The notes under the pieces: model-generated
Told to the model about the DNA's origin: nothing
The model's database searches: none
What the model saw: the letters and a program-made list of their open reading frames with translations, nothing else
Program-made: the position numbers and the translations under genes
In this document: positions 1 to 10,079 of the stretch, one piece after another
How the letters are laid out: each line of letters starts with the position of its first letter
Numbering within the stretch: the stretch's first letter is position 1
Assembly (NCBI GenBank): GCA_965208835.1
Contig: OZ242358.1
Location: forward strand, 2,688,001-2,752,000
Length of the DNA: 64,000 bases
DNA from: Candidatus Latescibacterota bacterium
GTDB taxonomy: Bacteria; Latescibacterota; UBA2968; GCA-2709665
Reading direction: 5' to 3'

Positions 1-865
1 AGCGCTCGGAATCCACATCTACGCAAACCTCCGCGTTCGCCTCGAATTCATCGGACCGGACCCGTACCGTCGCGCCGTTGAGCCAGGCTGAACGCGTTTC
101 GACGTGAATGGCGCTCGACCGGGTCACGCAGAACGTGGGGTCGAACACCATCGCTATGGCGAGAGGATCGTGCAGAATGGGATGCTCCCGCCCGGAATCC
201 TTCCTCCACAACTGAATCAGATCGAAGCACAGCCGGTTGATTGGCCGGTCCACCGATCCGATCGCCTGTACCTGCGCGTTATCCAGACGGCACGCTTCGG
301 TCACGTCGAGGCCCACCATGGTGATCGTAACTCCGGCGCCGAACACCACGTGCGCCGCTTCTGGGTCGCAGAGGATATTCCACTCGGCGATCATCCGCCC
401 CACACATCCGCCCATCAGGCAGATTGTCGTCTTCTGTGCAAGCCGCGGCTCCACCGTCAACGCGGCGGCGATATTCGTCAGTGGGCCTATCGGTACAAGC
501 GTGATGTCGCCATCGCCGCCCATCAGCGTATCGACGATGTAGTCGACCGCACGCCCCTCGGCCGGTCGCGAGGGTCCCGGGTATTGCCGGATGGCCTCCA
601 TCTGCCGCGGTCGATGCGTCTCTATGGCGGCCCGGCCCTTCGAAGCGTCGTCGAACAGCGGCTTGCCGAGACCCGAGTAGACGGGAACGTCGCCCCTCCC
701 AAGCGCGTCGAGGACGCAACACGCCAGCTCAGCGCGCCGCGCCGTGTCGCGGAACACGGTGGTCACACCAACAAGCTCGATCTCCCCGCAAAGCAGGGCG
801 AACGTCAGCGCCAGCGCGTCATCGATGTCGTCGCCAATATCCGTATCGAGGATGATCTTCTTCAT
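1..865 (-). CDS. Nucleoside hydrolase (IU-NH family), 3' end runs off the window
   Basis: Absent from the ORF track and translated by hand from the ATG at 865: MKKIILDTDIGDDIDDALAL (DxDxxxDD motif), then PIGPLTN, LMGG, AEWNI..DPEAA and LHDPLA. Confidence 0.92.
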   Translation of the reverse strand, partial: MKKIILDTDIGDDIDDALALTFALLCGEIELVGVTTVFRDTARRAELACCVLDALGRGDVPVYSGLGKPLFDDASKGRAAIETHRPRQMEAIRQYPGPSRPAEGRAVDYIVDTLMGGDGDITLVPIGPLTNIAAALTVEPRLAQKTTICLMGGCVGRMIAEWNILCDPEAAHVVFGAGVTITMVGLDVTEACRLDNAQVQAIGSVDRPINRLCFDLIQLWRKDSGREHPILHDPLAIAMVFDPTFCVTRSSAIHVETRSAWLNGATVRVRSDEFEANAEVCVDVDSER

Positions 866-955
866 TTGCCTCGTCTCTCACATCCAATCTCCTGATGGTC
901 GCGTTTGACGCCCGTGTAATCGCTCGTTGGCATGTACCGATGGACAGACATTCGC

Positions 956-2134
956 TCACACCCCCACCGGCATCTCCCCTGCTTTGCGATCCGGACCCGG
1001 CCGGAAGTCCGGAACCTTCATGAGCTTGCCCCCTTCGACGATCGAATCGTGCGCCCGGATGGCGGGTGCGGTCGTATCCATTGCCCTGTAGACGTCCAGC
1101 GGCAGCGGCTTTCCGTCGCGTACGGCGTCCCTGAAGTGATGTTGGACGTAATAGTCGGCATCGCCGTGGCCACTGCCTTGAGCGCCTGAAGGGGCATCCG
1201 TACGCTGGTACTGCCAGTCCACCTCCGCCCAGTCGTTCATCTGCGTATCGGCGAGCCACATCTTCGGCTTCTCGTTGAGCGACCGCCGCCACTCGACGCT
1301 GCCCTTCGTGCCGATGAACTGCCACCAGTGGTGGTCGCCGTGCGGCCTCGGCTGGGTGAATCCGCACAGCATCCGGATCACCGTGTCCTTCTCCGTCTTC
1401 ATCAATGCGACCTGCATATCCGCGCGTGAGATTCGGGGCCAGGCGTAGCTGGGCTCCTTCGTGCTCATCCCCACAACCTCAACGACCCGGTCGTCCAGAA
1501 CCGTCAGCACCACGTCCATATCGTGTGAACCGATACCTCCGATGATCACGGGAAGTGAATGCAGCACCGTGGGTTCGGCTTCCGGATGGTCAGGCAACGC
1601 CTCGATGGGATACTGTTTTCCGGTCCTGAAATCCTGGAAGTACTGATGGGTACCGTACCACCCCACATACTGGCCCTCGGCATAGGTAATCCTGCCCAGC
1701 CGTCCCTCCGAGACCAGCTGCCGCCAGCCTTCGACCACACCCCAGAACCGCGTCTGCTCGGCCAGGCTATATACGAGGCCGGTCCGCTCCACGCCGGCCA
1801 CGATCCGCCAGCAGTCCGCCATCGTATACGCCGCGGGCACCTCGGAGTTTACGTGCTTCCCCGCCTCCAGCGAACGCGCCGCCATCTCCCCCACTTCCTT
1901 CCGCCTCACGCACAGGCCGACCGCGTCCATCCCATCGCACGTCAGGAAGTCCTCGTAATCTGAGAACACCCTTACATCGCCGCGGCGGCCGATGTGCTCC
2001 AGCGCGCGCTCCTGAAGGGGCTCGATCCAGTCGTAGATCGCCGTAATCCGGTAGCCCGGGATCGCCTGCAAAAGACGGATCCAGTGCAGCCCGCGATGGC
2101 CCAGACCGGCGATCCCGATTCGCACGTCGTCCAT
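956..2134 (-). CDS. Gfo/Idh/MocA family oxidoreductase
   Basis: MDDVRIGIAGLGHRG Rossmann motif and GKHVNSEVP motif. Start placed at the ATG at 2134, just after the upstream gene's stop. Confidence 0.88.
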   Translation of the reverse strand: MDDVRIGIAGLGHRGLHWIRLLQAIPGYRITAIYDWIEPLQERALEHIGRRGDVRVFSDYEDFLTCDGMDAVGLCVRRKEVGEMAARSLEAGKHVNSEVPAAYTMADCWRIVAGVERTGLVYSLAEQTRFWGVVEGWRQLVSEGRLGRITYAEGQYVGWYGTHQYFQDFRTGKQYPIEALPDHPEAEPTVLHSLPVIIGGIGSHDMDVVLTVLDDRVVEVVGMSTKEPSYAWPRISRADMQVALMKTEKDTVIRMLCGFTQPRPHGDHHWWQFIGTKGSVEWRRSLNEKPKMWLADTQMNDWAEVDWQYQRTDAPSGAQGSGHGDADYYVQHHFRDAVRDGKPLPLDVYRAMDTTAPAIRAHDSIVEGGKLMKVPDFRPGPDRKAGEMPVGV

Positions 2135-2145
2135 TGTGTTCCACC

Positions 2146-3249
2146 TTACCGCTGACCTGAAACCCGAACCGGGCCGATAAACAACTCGTCCGGCAACAGG
2201 CTCGTGGTCACGATCGAATGGGGGTGGTCGAAGCCATCGGTGGTGACCTGCGCCATTGCCGTGTAATGCGTGCTTTCTCCACTGACGCCGCAGCGGTTTC
2301 CACCGCTGTGTCCCCTCAGCCAGTCCGGATCGACCAGTTGCTCGCCCTCCCACTGCCCCCGCGTCGCCAGCAGATGGCCGAAGCGGGCGATATCAGACGG
2401 GCTCATCACCACCCAGCCCGGACCGCTTCGTACCACGTGACCGTTGATTTCATACGGCGGATCCAGATACGTGTACGAATCCGGAATGGCCGGATAGAAG
2501 AACTTGCTTTCACTCATCGTCCTCCCGGTATACCAGTCCCACCGCTTTGCCGGAATCCCTATCTTTCGGAACAGCCGCTCGTCCAGCACCGCTTTCAGGT
2601 CCCGGTTCCACACGCAGGTCAGAGCCTGGCCAAGCCGCCAGAACCCCGCGCTGCTGTAATGCTCAACCGTCCCGGGTTCAACGTGAGAATAGAGATCATA
2701 AAACGGATCCCCGGTCCAGGTCGCCCATGCCGGCCACAATGGGTCCGCCCCCGCGCTGCCGCGCCCCTCACGCCCCTTCGACCACACGCTTCCCAGTTCC
2801 ATGGGGAAGCCCCCCTGGTGGGCGCTCTTCTCCTTCGTGCCGATGAGGTGGCGCCAGGTAAGCGTCCGGTGGTGTCCCTGGTCCAGGTATTTGTGAGGAT
2901 GCGACAGTTCGCCTTCGCCCGTCCAGGTTCTGTGGATTGGCTCATCCGGATCCAGCATCCCCTCCTCCACCGCAAACCCGATCAGCACCCACATGAACGC
3001 CTTGCCCATCGAGGCCGTCTGGAACCGGTAATGGCGATCGCCCCAGGCGTGCACCAGGTACCCGCCGCGTGTGAGCACCGTGCCCCATTTATTGCCTGTG
3101 TGGTCCTCGCCGCCAAACGACGCGCCCTTTATTTCCAGGCCCGATAGAAAGCGTTCGAACTTCTCCACGTCCAGACCGGCTTCAGCGGGCGTGATCTCAA
3201 CCCACTCGTCCCGTGGATATGTCACCCACTCCGGGATCTCACGTTCCAC
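2146..3249 (-). CDS. Serine hydrolase (beta-lactamase/AmpC-like superfamily)
   Basis: SxxK (SMGK), PG...HYSS, SPSDIARFGHL..RGQWEGEQLV and HSG motifs. GTG start with GGAG upstream. Confidence 0.82.
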   Translation of the reverse strand: MEREIPEWVTYPRDEWVEITPAEAGLDVEKFERFLSGLEIKGASFGGEDHTGNKWGTVLTRGGYLVHAWGDRHYRFQTASMGKAFMWVLIGFAVEEGMLDPDEPIHRTWTGEGELSHPHKYLDQGHHRTLTWRHLIGTKEKSAHQGGFPMELGSVWSKGREGRGSAGADPLWPAWATWTGDPFYDLYSHVEPGTVEHYSSAGFWRLGQALTCVWNRDLKAVLDERLFRKIGIPAKRWDWYTGRTMSESKFFYPAIPDSYTYLDPPYEINGHVVRSGPGWVVMSPSDIARFGHLLATRGQWEGEQLVDPDWLRGHSGGNRCGVSGESTHYTAMAQVTTDGFDHPHSIVTTSLLPDELFIGPVRVSGQR

Positions 3250-3294
3250 GTTTTCGTCTCCACTAATGAATGTCTACGTCACCTTTGCATGGGT

Positions 3295-3335
3295 AACAAC
3301 AAAAGCGGCCATTCAAACATAAATGTCAAATGGCC
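3295..3335 (-). terminator. Probable intrinsic terminator after tRNA-Gly
   Basis: Imperfect hairpin GGCCATTTGACAT..ATGTTTGAATGGCC followed by GCTTTTGTTGTT on the minus strand. Confidence 0.45.
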
Positions 3336-3365
3336 ATTGGTTGCACGATAAAAGCGATATTTTAG

Positions 3366-3441
3366 TGGAGCGGGAAACGGGACTCGAACCCGCGACATCA
3401 AGCTTGGGAAGCTTGCGCTCTACCAACTGAGCTATTCCCGC
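3366..3441 (-). tRNA. tRNA-Gly (CCC)
   Basis: GCGGGAATAGCTCAGTTGGTAGAGCG CAAGC TT CCC AA GCTTG ... GGTTCGAGTCC CGTTTCCCGCT CCA; 76-nt cloverleaf. Confidence 0.97.
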
Positions 3442-3471
3442 CCCCGTCGACGTCGAAAACTACCATCTCCA

Positions 3472-4413
3472 TTAATGCGTGTCAAGGAATTTGAGGATGG
3501 TGGCCGGCGCATCGACCCGGCCGGCATCGATCCACGTCAGACGCGTTTCCTTGCGGAACCAAGTAAGCTGGCGTTTGGCATAACGCCTGGTTCCCATCTT
3601 GATCTGCGCCGCGGTTTCAGCCAGATCCATTTCGCCGTCCAGATGATCGAAAACCTCCCGGTATCCGAAGGTATTGAGCGCGTTGAGCTCACGGCTGTAA
3701 CCGCGGCGTTCCAGTTCCCGGACTTCGTCCACGAGTCCGGCCGCGATCATCCGGTCCACTCTTTCTTCGATCCTCCGGTAAAGCATCTCCCGGTCCATTT
3801 CCAACCCGAACCACTCGACGCGCCAGTCTTCTGCCCGTTTCGTGGGCTGCTGGTGAAGCACCGAGAGCGGCGTCCCTGTCAGTTCGAAGACCTCCAGCGC
3901 GCGTACGATTCGCTTGGTATCGTTGGCGTGCAAACGTCCGGCCGTCACGGGGTCGACCTCGCGCAGCCTCTGATAGATTCCCGCCGGATCTTCCTGCGCC
4001 GCATCCAACAAACGTCCTCGGACCGCCGGCGGAGTACGCGGGAGCGGTGAGAACCCGTCGAGCGTCGCCTTCAGATACAAACCCGACCCGCCGACCAGGA
4101 TCGGAACGCGATTCCGGTCCAGAATCGACGCGATCGCCGCGGTCGCATCGATCGCGTAGTGCCCGGCGCTATAGGTCTCATCGGGGTCCACGACATCGAG
4201 CATATGGTGCCTCGCGAGAGCGCGCTCTTCCGTCGTGGGTTTGGCGGTACCGATGTCCAAATACCGGTAGACCTGACGCGCATCGCCGGAAACCACTTCA
4301 CCGCCAAGCGCCCTCGCCAGGGCGATGCCAACCCGGGTCTTTCCGGACGCGGTGGGGCCCGCCAGCGCCAATACCCGGCGCCGGCTATCTGTTGAATTGC
4401 CGATCGAGTTCAT
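3472..4413 (-). CDS. miaA: tRNA dimethylallyltransferase
   Basis: GPTASGKT, DARQVYRYLDIGTAKP, GGSGLY and TRRYAKRQLTWFR motifs; follows mutL as is typical. Confidence 0.97.
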   Translation of the reverse strand: MNSIGNSTDSRRRVLALAGPTASGKTRVGIALARALGGEVVSGDARQVYRYLDIGTAKPTTEERALARHHMLDVVDPDETYSAGHYAIDATAAIASILDRNRVPILVGGSGLYLKATLDGFSPLPRTPPAVRGRLLDAAQEDPAGIYQRLREVDPVTAGRLHANDTKRIVRALEVFELTGTPLSVLHQQPTKRAEDWRVEWFGLEMDREMLYRRIEERVDRMIAAGLVDEVRELERRGYSRELNALNTFGYREVFDHLDGEMDLAETAAQIKMGTRRYAKRQLTWFRKETRLTWIDAGRVDAPATILKFLDTH

Positions 4414-6217
4414 CCAGAGACATCTTTACCACGGTTGGCCTGCCCTGCGGGCAAACGAACGGTTCGCGCGTGGCGAACAGCCGATCGATCAGCGCCCGCA
4501 TCTCCCTCGCGGACAGCCGCTCTCCCGTACGGATGGCGGTGTGCCGGGCGTAGGCGGCGGCCAGTCTGTGCTCAAGCGGAGAAAACGCCTTTTGACCGCC
4601 TGCCGGGACGGAAGATTGGCGCTCCCGTTCGCCAAGCTCGTCCACGATTTCCTGCAGAAGCCGGCCGTCTTCCCATACTTTGAGTTCCACGGGAATGGCA
4701 TCCACGACCACGGTGTTGGCGCCAAAATCCCTTATGCCGAAGCCCATGGCTTCCAGCAGCGGCATCGCCTCTCTGACCCTGTGGATCTGCCGCAAGCCGA
4801 AGTCAAGCGTGACGGGAAACAGAAGTCGCTGACCCAATCCGGCGTTGGATTCGAAAAGACTCAGCGTCTGTTCGTAGATCATCCGCTGATGAGCCAGGTG
4901 TTGATCCACAAAAATCAGGCCGTTCTTGATATGCGCGAGGACATATCTGTCGTGTACCTGCCAGACGGGGACCTGATCGACCGTTTCTTCGTCCGCCAGG
5001 TCTGTATCCGCAGCGCTGTCGGTTTGTTCCCTGCGCCCTCCGGCCGTCTTCCTCACGGTCAGTGAAAGCGCCATCTGCACGTCTTCCAGGCCCAGGGGCT
5101 CCGAAAGGTAGGCCTCCTGCTCCACCGGCGCGTCCGCAATGCCACCGGCCAGGTCCGGCGTTGCCTGCGCGGCCGCCCCCGCCGGAATCGCGGGTGAGGC
5201 GATGCCGTCGGCCACTTCCGGAACCAGGTCCTCCTCCCTCAACCCCGCTCGCACAACTTCAGCAACCGCGCTGTAAACCTTGGTTTCGTCCGCAAAACGC
5301 ACCTCGCGCTTGGCCGGATGCACATTGACGTCGAGACGTGAGGGATCCAGATCCAGAAGAAGCGCAAAAGCGGGATGGAAACCCTTCACGAGCAGTCCGC
5401 CAAAGCCATCGTGTACGGCGAACGTCACCCCCCTGTCTCGCACCCAGCGACCGTTGACGACCGTTGCCTGCTGCGCGCCCGACTTTCGCGCCAGTTCCGG
5501 CCTGCCGGCGAACCCCCAGACCCGAACACCGTGCCGTTCACCATCCAGAAAAACGGCGTCGCGGCCGAACCGAACGCCGAATACCGCCTCAAGGCGGTGT
5601 TGGCGCTCGGACCTGGCCAGGTTCAGGATTTCGCGCCCATTGTGAGAGAGCACGAATGCAACGGAGGGATAGGCCAGCGCCAGGCCCGTCAGTGCGTCCG
5701 ACACGTGTTTGAATTCGGTCTCGACGCCCTTCAGAAACTTTCGCCTGGCGGGTACATTGAAAAACAGGCCGTGAACGGCGACCGTTGTCCCCCGGTCCCG
5801 GCCTGTTGACGAAACGTCGCGCACCCGGCCGCTTTCGACCCGAACGCGTGTACCCTGCAACTCCTCCGAATCGCGGGTTTCGATAACCATTCGTGACACC
5901 GCAGCAATACTCGGCAGCGCCTCCCCGCGAAACCCGAGCGTACGCAGCGTGCGAAGGTCGGATAGATCGGCAATTTTGCTCGTGGCGTGACGTTCCAGGG
6001 CCAGCAACGCGTCTTCACGAGACATTCCGCAGCCGTTGTCACTGACCCGGATGGTTTCTTTGCCGCCGCCGGATACTTCAGCGACGATGCGGTCCGCCCC
6101 CGCATCGATCGCGTTTTCCACCAGTTCCTTAATCACAGAGCCCGGGCGCTCGACGGCTTCACCCGCGGCGATTCGATTGGCAATTTCGTCGGATAGAATC
6201 CGGATCCGGTCTGGCAT
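4385..6217 (-). CDS. mutL: DNA mismatch repair protein MutL (C-terminal endonuclease motifs degenerate)
   Basis: IAAGE, KELVENAIDAGA, GFRGEAL and DVNVHPAKREVRF motifs. C-terminus reads DQHLAHQRMIYE and CPQGRP. Start at the ATG at 6217. Confidence 0.97.
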   Translation of the reverse strand: MPDRIRILSDEIANRIAAGEAVERPGSVIKELVENAIDAGADRIVAEVSGGGKETIRVSDNGCGMSREDALLALERHATSKIADLSDLRTLRTLGFRGEALPSIAAVSRMVIETRDSEELQGTRVRVESGRVRDVSSTGRDRGTTVAVHGLFFNVPARRKFLKGVETEFKHVSDALTGLALAYPSVAFVLSHNGREILNLARSERQHRLEAVFGVRFGRDAVFLDGERHGVRVWGFAGRPELARKSGAQQATVVNGRWVRDRGVTFAVHDGFGGLLVKGFHPAFALLLDLDPSRLDVNVHPAKREVRFADETKVYSAVAEVVRAGLREEDLVPEVADGIASPAIPAGAAAQATPDLAGGIADAPVEQEAYLSEPLGLEDVQMALSLTVRKTAGGRREQTDSAADTDLADEETVDQVPVWQVHDRYVLAHIKNGLIFVDQHLAHQRMIYEQTLSLFESNAGLGQRLLFPVTLDFGLRQIHRVREAMPLLEAMGFGIRDFGANTVVVDAIPVELKVWEDGRLLQEIVDELGERERQSSVPAGGQKAFSPLEHRLAAAYARHTAIRTGERLSAREMRALIDRLFATREPFVCPQGRPTVVKMSLDELDRQFNR

Positions 6218-6368
6218 GACGAAACGCCCGCCATTTCCGCATTGACAGAAAAAACTCGGACTAACGCGGTTCAGAATTGACTTCGCCGCATCCCTCGGAA
6301 TCCCGGAAGCAAGACGCCAGAGTACCACAGGCCGCCCGCCTCACGAACGCGCATTCGCACCCCCTCCG

Positions 6369-7742
6369 TCACCGGCCCAGCAGGCCCTGCCCTTTCAATC
6401 TGTGCAGGGTGCGGTCGAATGCGTGTACAACGTGGTCGAGGTCTTCTTCGGTGTGCACGGATGCCGTTATGCCGACCAAGCCATTGAGGTCGACGCCCTC
6501 CAGTTGCATCGCGGCACGGAACGCATCTCTCAACGCGGGATCTGGGGACTTCAGCCTGCGGTAATCATACGTTCCACCTGCTATCCCCTCCAGGCTCTGC
6601 GCCATCGGCCCACTCTCGGGCAGAAATTTGACCCCCGAAAAGTCGCCATAGACGACCCAGTCCACGCCGTGGTCCAAAATAACGGCATTGAGACGGGCGC
6701 GAAGGACGTCGGCGTTCCGGTTTGCGCGCGCGATGTGGGTTCCGTCTTCGATCGCCCTGAGCGTGGCAATCCCTGCGGCCGCGGAAATCGGATTCGCGTT
6801 AAAGGTACCCTGATGGGGCATTTTCCGGCATGTATCCCACTCCCGTTCCCCCCTGAATTCCAGCAGGTCCATGATATCCTGCCGGCCCGTCAGGCAGCCC
6901 CCGGGAAGCCCTCCAGCAAGAATCTTCGCCAGCGAAGTGAGGTCGGGTTTGACGTTGTAGTGGGCCTGGGCACCCCCGGGCGAGCATCGAAAGCCGGTGA
7001 TGACTTCGTCAAAAACCAACAGAACGTCGTGCCGTGACGTTACGCGACGCAGCTCTTCAAGAAAACCCGGACGGAGGGGTACCACGCCGAAAGAGGCGCC
7101 GGTCGGTTCCACAATGACACAGGCAATGTCGTCGTCCCGTTTCAGAATATCCTCGACCTGATCGATCCGGTTCGGCGCACACAGGCAAACGGTATCCGCC
7201 ACTTCGCGAAGAACGCCGGCGGGCACGGGTTCGTCGAAGGGCGGCAACACGCCCACGATGAGGTTGTCGTGCCATCCATGGAAGTGGCCGAAGAATTTGA
7301 GGACCTTACGCTTTCCGGTAAACGTCCGCGCCAGCCGGAGCGCCATCAGCGTCGCTTCCGTGCCGGAGCTTGTAAATCGCACGCGTTCGGCGGAGGGGAT
7401 GAGTCTGGTGACCCACTCACCCCAGTCCACTTCCAGCTCGTGACACGCACCATAGTGAGTACCACGCGCCACCTGTTCCGATACTGCGGCTACCATATCC
7501 GGGAAGCAATGACCCAGCAACAGCGCCCCGTGCCCCATCCACAGGTCCACGTACTCCCGGCCGTCCACGTCCCATTTGCGGCCCGCCTCGGCGCGATTCG
7601 CATAGATGGGAAACGGCGCATAGTACCTTAAATCGTGGGTCACGCCGCCCGGAAAGATCCTCGATGCTTTTTCGTAAAGCGCCCGGGACCGGTGAAGCGT
7701 ATCTCCGAACTCTCCGTCTATTCCTTTAACCAATTCTTCCAC
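6369..7742 (-). CDS. Class III PLP aminotransferase (glutamate-1-semialdehyde aminomutase-like)
   Basis: FPGGV, SGTEA, FHGWHD, FDEVITGFR, AKILAGGLPGG and GTFNANP motifs. May be a HemL paralog rather than HemL itself. Confidence 0.85.
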   Translation of the reverse strand: MEELVKGIDGEFGDTLHRSRALYEKASRIFPGGVTHDLRYYAPFPIYANRAEAGRKWDVDGREYVDLWMGHGALLLGHCFPDMVAAVSEQVARGTHYGACHELEVDWGEWVTRLIPSAERVRFTSSGTEATLMALRLARTFTGKRKVLKFFGHFHGWHDNLIVGVLPPFDEPVPAGVLREVADTVCLCAPNRIDQVEDILKRDDDIACVIVEPTGASFGVVPLRPGFLEELRRVTSRHDVLLVFDEVITGFRCSPGGAQAHYNVKPDLTSLAKILAGGLPGGCLTGRQDIMDLLEFRGEREWDTCRKMPHQGTFNANPISAAAGIATLRAIEDGTHIARANRNADVLRARLNAVILDHGVDWVVYGDFSGVKFLPESGPMAQSLEGIAGGTYDYRRLKSPDPALRDAFRAAMQLEGVDLNGLVGITASVHTEEDLDHVVHAFDRTLHRLKGQGLLGR

Positions 7743-7867
7743 AACAGGTTATCTCTCTTGTTTAATGTTGTTGTCTACGAATGTCCGAGAACGACCGCCG
7801 CCCTGCGAACGATTCAAACGGAAAAAATAACGAACACGGAAGAAAAAGCAAACGGCAAAATCCCACG

Positions 7868-9961
7868 TCATGCCGGAGACTGCAGCGGGTAAGCGAATGT
7901 CCGGTCGGCATCCACGCCCGAGAGGTCCGGGACAACCTCCGACATGGCCCAGAAATGCGTCTCAGTCCCCGTGTGTACCAGGAATCCGGGGGTCCCTCCC
8001 GGGCCTTCCCTTCCAATCGCCTCGACGCGGCGGACCGAGGGCTCCGTGTCCCAGTGATGGATAAGCCCGACAAAGGTTGTCTCGCAGGCGGTTCGACGGC
8101 GGATGAGCAGATCGCCCGTTTCGGACGCGGACTGGAACGGCGCTTCTCCCAGGATGATTCGCGTGGCCCCGTCTTCAGGCAGGAATGCCCCCACCCCGCC
8201 CTTCGGCAGGCCCCATTCCAACGATACCATTTGCTCGGGTGCGAATTCAACCGGCTGCCGGACGTGGGCATATCCGTCGCCCGAAAGTGAAATCGACCCG
8301 CGACGCGACAGACCCGAGTGCCTGCGACGATGGGTCTGAAACCTGCAGACCCAGTCCAACTGGCATTCCTGCGGCGCCGCCACGTGGAACACATCCCAGA
8401 AATATGAATCCGTCCACAGAATTACCCGACGCATCGTAACCCCGGCGTAGAAGTCATTCTCCCACGTAACGCCGGCATCGACCACTTCGAAGCCGCTCGT
8501 TCGTTTTGCATCGAATCTCACCAATCGCCCTTCCGCCGGAGGCTGGGAGCGGCCGTTTATCGTTACGGTGTTGTGGCTGAGCGTCTGTCGATACCAGCTT
8601 TCGTTCAGGCCAACGCCGTATCCGGGCGTGCCCAGGTCCGTCGCGACCGGGCTTCCGCGTGCGTAGAAGGAAACGGAGAGTTTGTCGGGATGTCCGTGCC
8701 CGCCGCCGTGCGGGCCGTATTTCAGCAACACGCAGCTCTGCCGGTGGTGGGCCTCGCTCGACCTCAGGATGGCCAGTCCGGACGGCTTCAGAACGGTACT
8801 CCCGGTGTCGAGTCCGCCGCCGGAACCCGGCAAGTCGGCTCCATACAGCAGCGCTTCCACGGTCGTTCGTGCGCGCGCTTCATAGTTGCGTTCGAGAATC
8901 CGGGCGAAATCCGGTTCTCCATACCACCCGTATGCCACCTCGTAAAAGGATTCCGCCGGCGGCACGCCGTGGCAGACGTCCGACAGCAAGGAAGAGAAGT
9001 ACCAGCAGTCATTGGTGGCTGGAAGCCTGAAATCGGGAAACACCAGCGAGACGGGCGCGCGGAACATCGCCCGGAGCCTGTCGTCATCGTGCAGACCCGC
9101 GCCGACGTTCTCCGAAACCTGGATGTGGGCAATCAGGGCGGCGAGGGTATAGAAGTGGTAACTGGATGAACCCTCCCACCACATGCCGTCGTCCAGTACA
9201 CCCTCGCGCAACTGGTGGTGGAAGCCGAACCTGTCCTCGAGGGCCATCTTCTGAAACCCTGCGTCGTCCAGGCAGATTCCGACCGCCGCGATAGCCGCAT
9301 TGTGCCAGCATTCAATGTTGTGAATGCGGTGGAACTTCTGGCCCCGAATATGCTCAGCCGCAAGGGCGAGCAGGTTCGTTTCGATCTGCGTCCGCTCGTG
9401 GGCATTCAGGTTCTCCCGAACCAGATCGTAGGCCATGGTTATGGGAATCAGCCACACAGCTTCGTCAAGTGAGTGATTCGCCACCTTGCCCCAGCCGTAA
9501 GGCAGTTCCCGCTCAATCGGATACCCCGGATATCGCTCCGCGTAAGCCAGAAGAATCTCTCTGCAACGTGTCAGATATGCGCCGTTCCCATCCAACTGCC
9601 ACATCAGCGCGAGCCGGTACGCCATGTTGGAGAGTCTGTTGTTGACAAACCAGCGCCAGGCGGAATCGTACGGTTCGCCGGAAAAGACCCGCCCGTCCCT
9701 GGGACATCGATGCGCATGCGGCGATTCGGCGTCGAACGCGAGTTCAACGGCGTGATCCGGGCAAAAGTAATTGTGGTAGTATCCCGCCGGTCGATCCTGA
9801 GGTTGCATTTTATCGCAGAGGAAAGCCCTGGCTTCGGATTCCAGTTGTCGGTAGGCAAGGTGGTATGCCGGGTTCGACCTGCGTTGCCTCGCCCTTTCCA
9901 GGCGACTGCAAGAGATCAGATTCATCGCACGATCAATCCATTCGGAAAGGCCGTTTGCCAC
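7868..9961 (-). CDS. Heparinase II/III-family polysaccharide lyase (PL17-like oligo-alginate lyase architecture)
   Basis: IHNIECWHNAA, WEGSSSYHFY, PATND, GHGHPDKLS and TLSHNTVTING motifs; no signal peptide evident. Confidence 0.82.
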   Translation of the reverse strand: MANGLSEWIDRAMNLISCSRLERARQRRSNPAYHLAYRQLESEARAFLCDKMQPQDRPAGYYHNYFCPDHAVELAFDAESPHAHRCPRDGRVFSGEPYDSAWRWFVNNRLSNMAYRLALMWQLDGNGAYLTRCREILLAYAERYPGYPIERELPYGWGKVANHSLDEAVWLIPITMAYDLVRENLNAHERTQIETNLLALAAEHIRGQKFHRIHNIECWHNAAIAAVGICLDDAGFQKMALEDRFGFHHQLREGVLDDGMWWEGSSSYHFYTLAALIAHIQVSENVGAGLHDDDRLRAMFRAPVSLVFPDFRLPATNDCWYFSSLLSDVCHGVPPAESFYEVAYGWYGEPDFARILERNYEARARTTVEALLYGADLPGSGGGLDTGSTVLKPSGLAILRSSEAHHRQSCVLLKYGPHGGGHGHPDKLSVSFYARGSPVATDLGTPGYGVGLNESWYRQTLSHNTVTINGRSQPPAEGRLVRFDAKRTSGFEVVDAGVTWENDFYAGVTMRRVILWTDSYFWDVFHVAAPQECQLDWVCRFQTHRRRHSGLSRRGSISLSGDGYAHVRQPVEFAPEQMVSLEWGLPKGGVGAFLPEDGATRIILGEAPFQSASETGDLLIRRRTACETTFVGLIHHWDTEPSVRRVEAIGREGPGGTPGFLVHTGTETHFWAMSEVVPDLSGVDADRTFAYPLQSPA

Positions 9962-10079
9962 ATCGCCGGCCGGCCATTATCTTGTGGAGCATCCGATCGG
10001 CTCGAGCGCCGCAAGAGGGCGGTTCCGGGCATCGAATGCGAGCGGTCCACGGGTAACCACACGTCTTCCTGGTTCTTCT

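Noticed and set aside
2146-3249. Beta-lactamase resistance gene
   Set aside because: Only superfamily-level SxxK similarity and no signal peptide; more likely an esterase or amidase.
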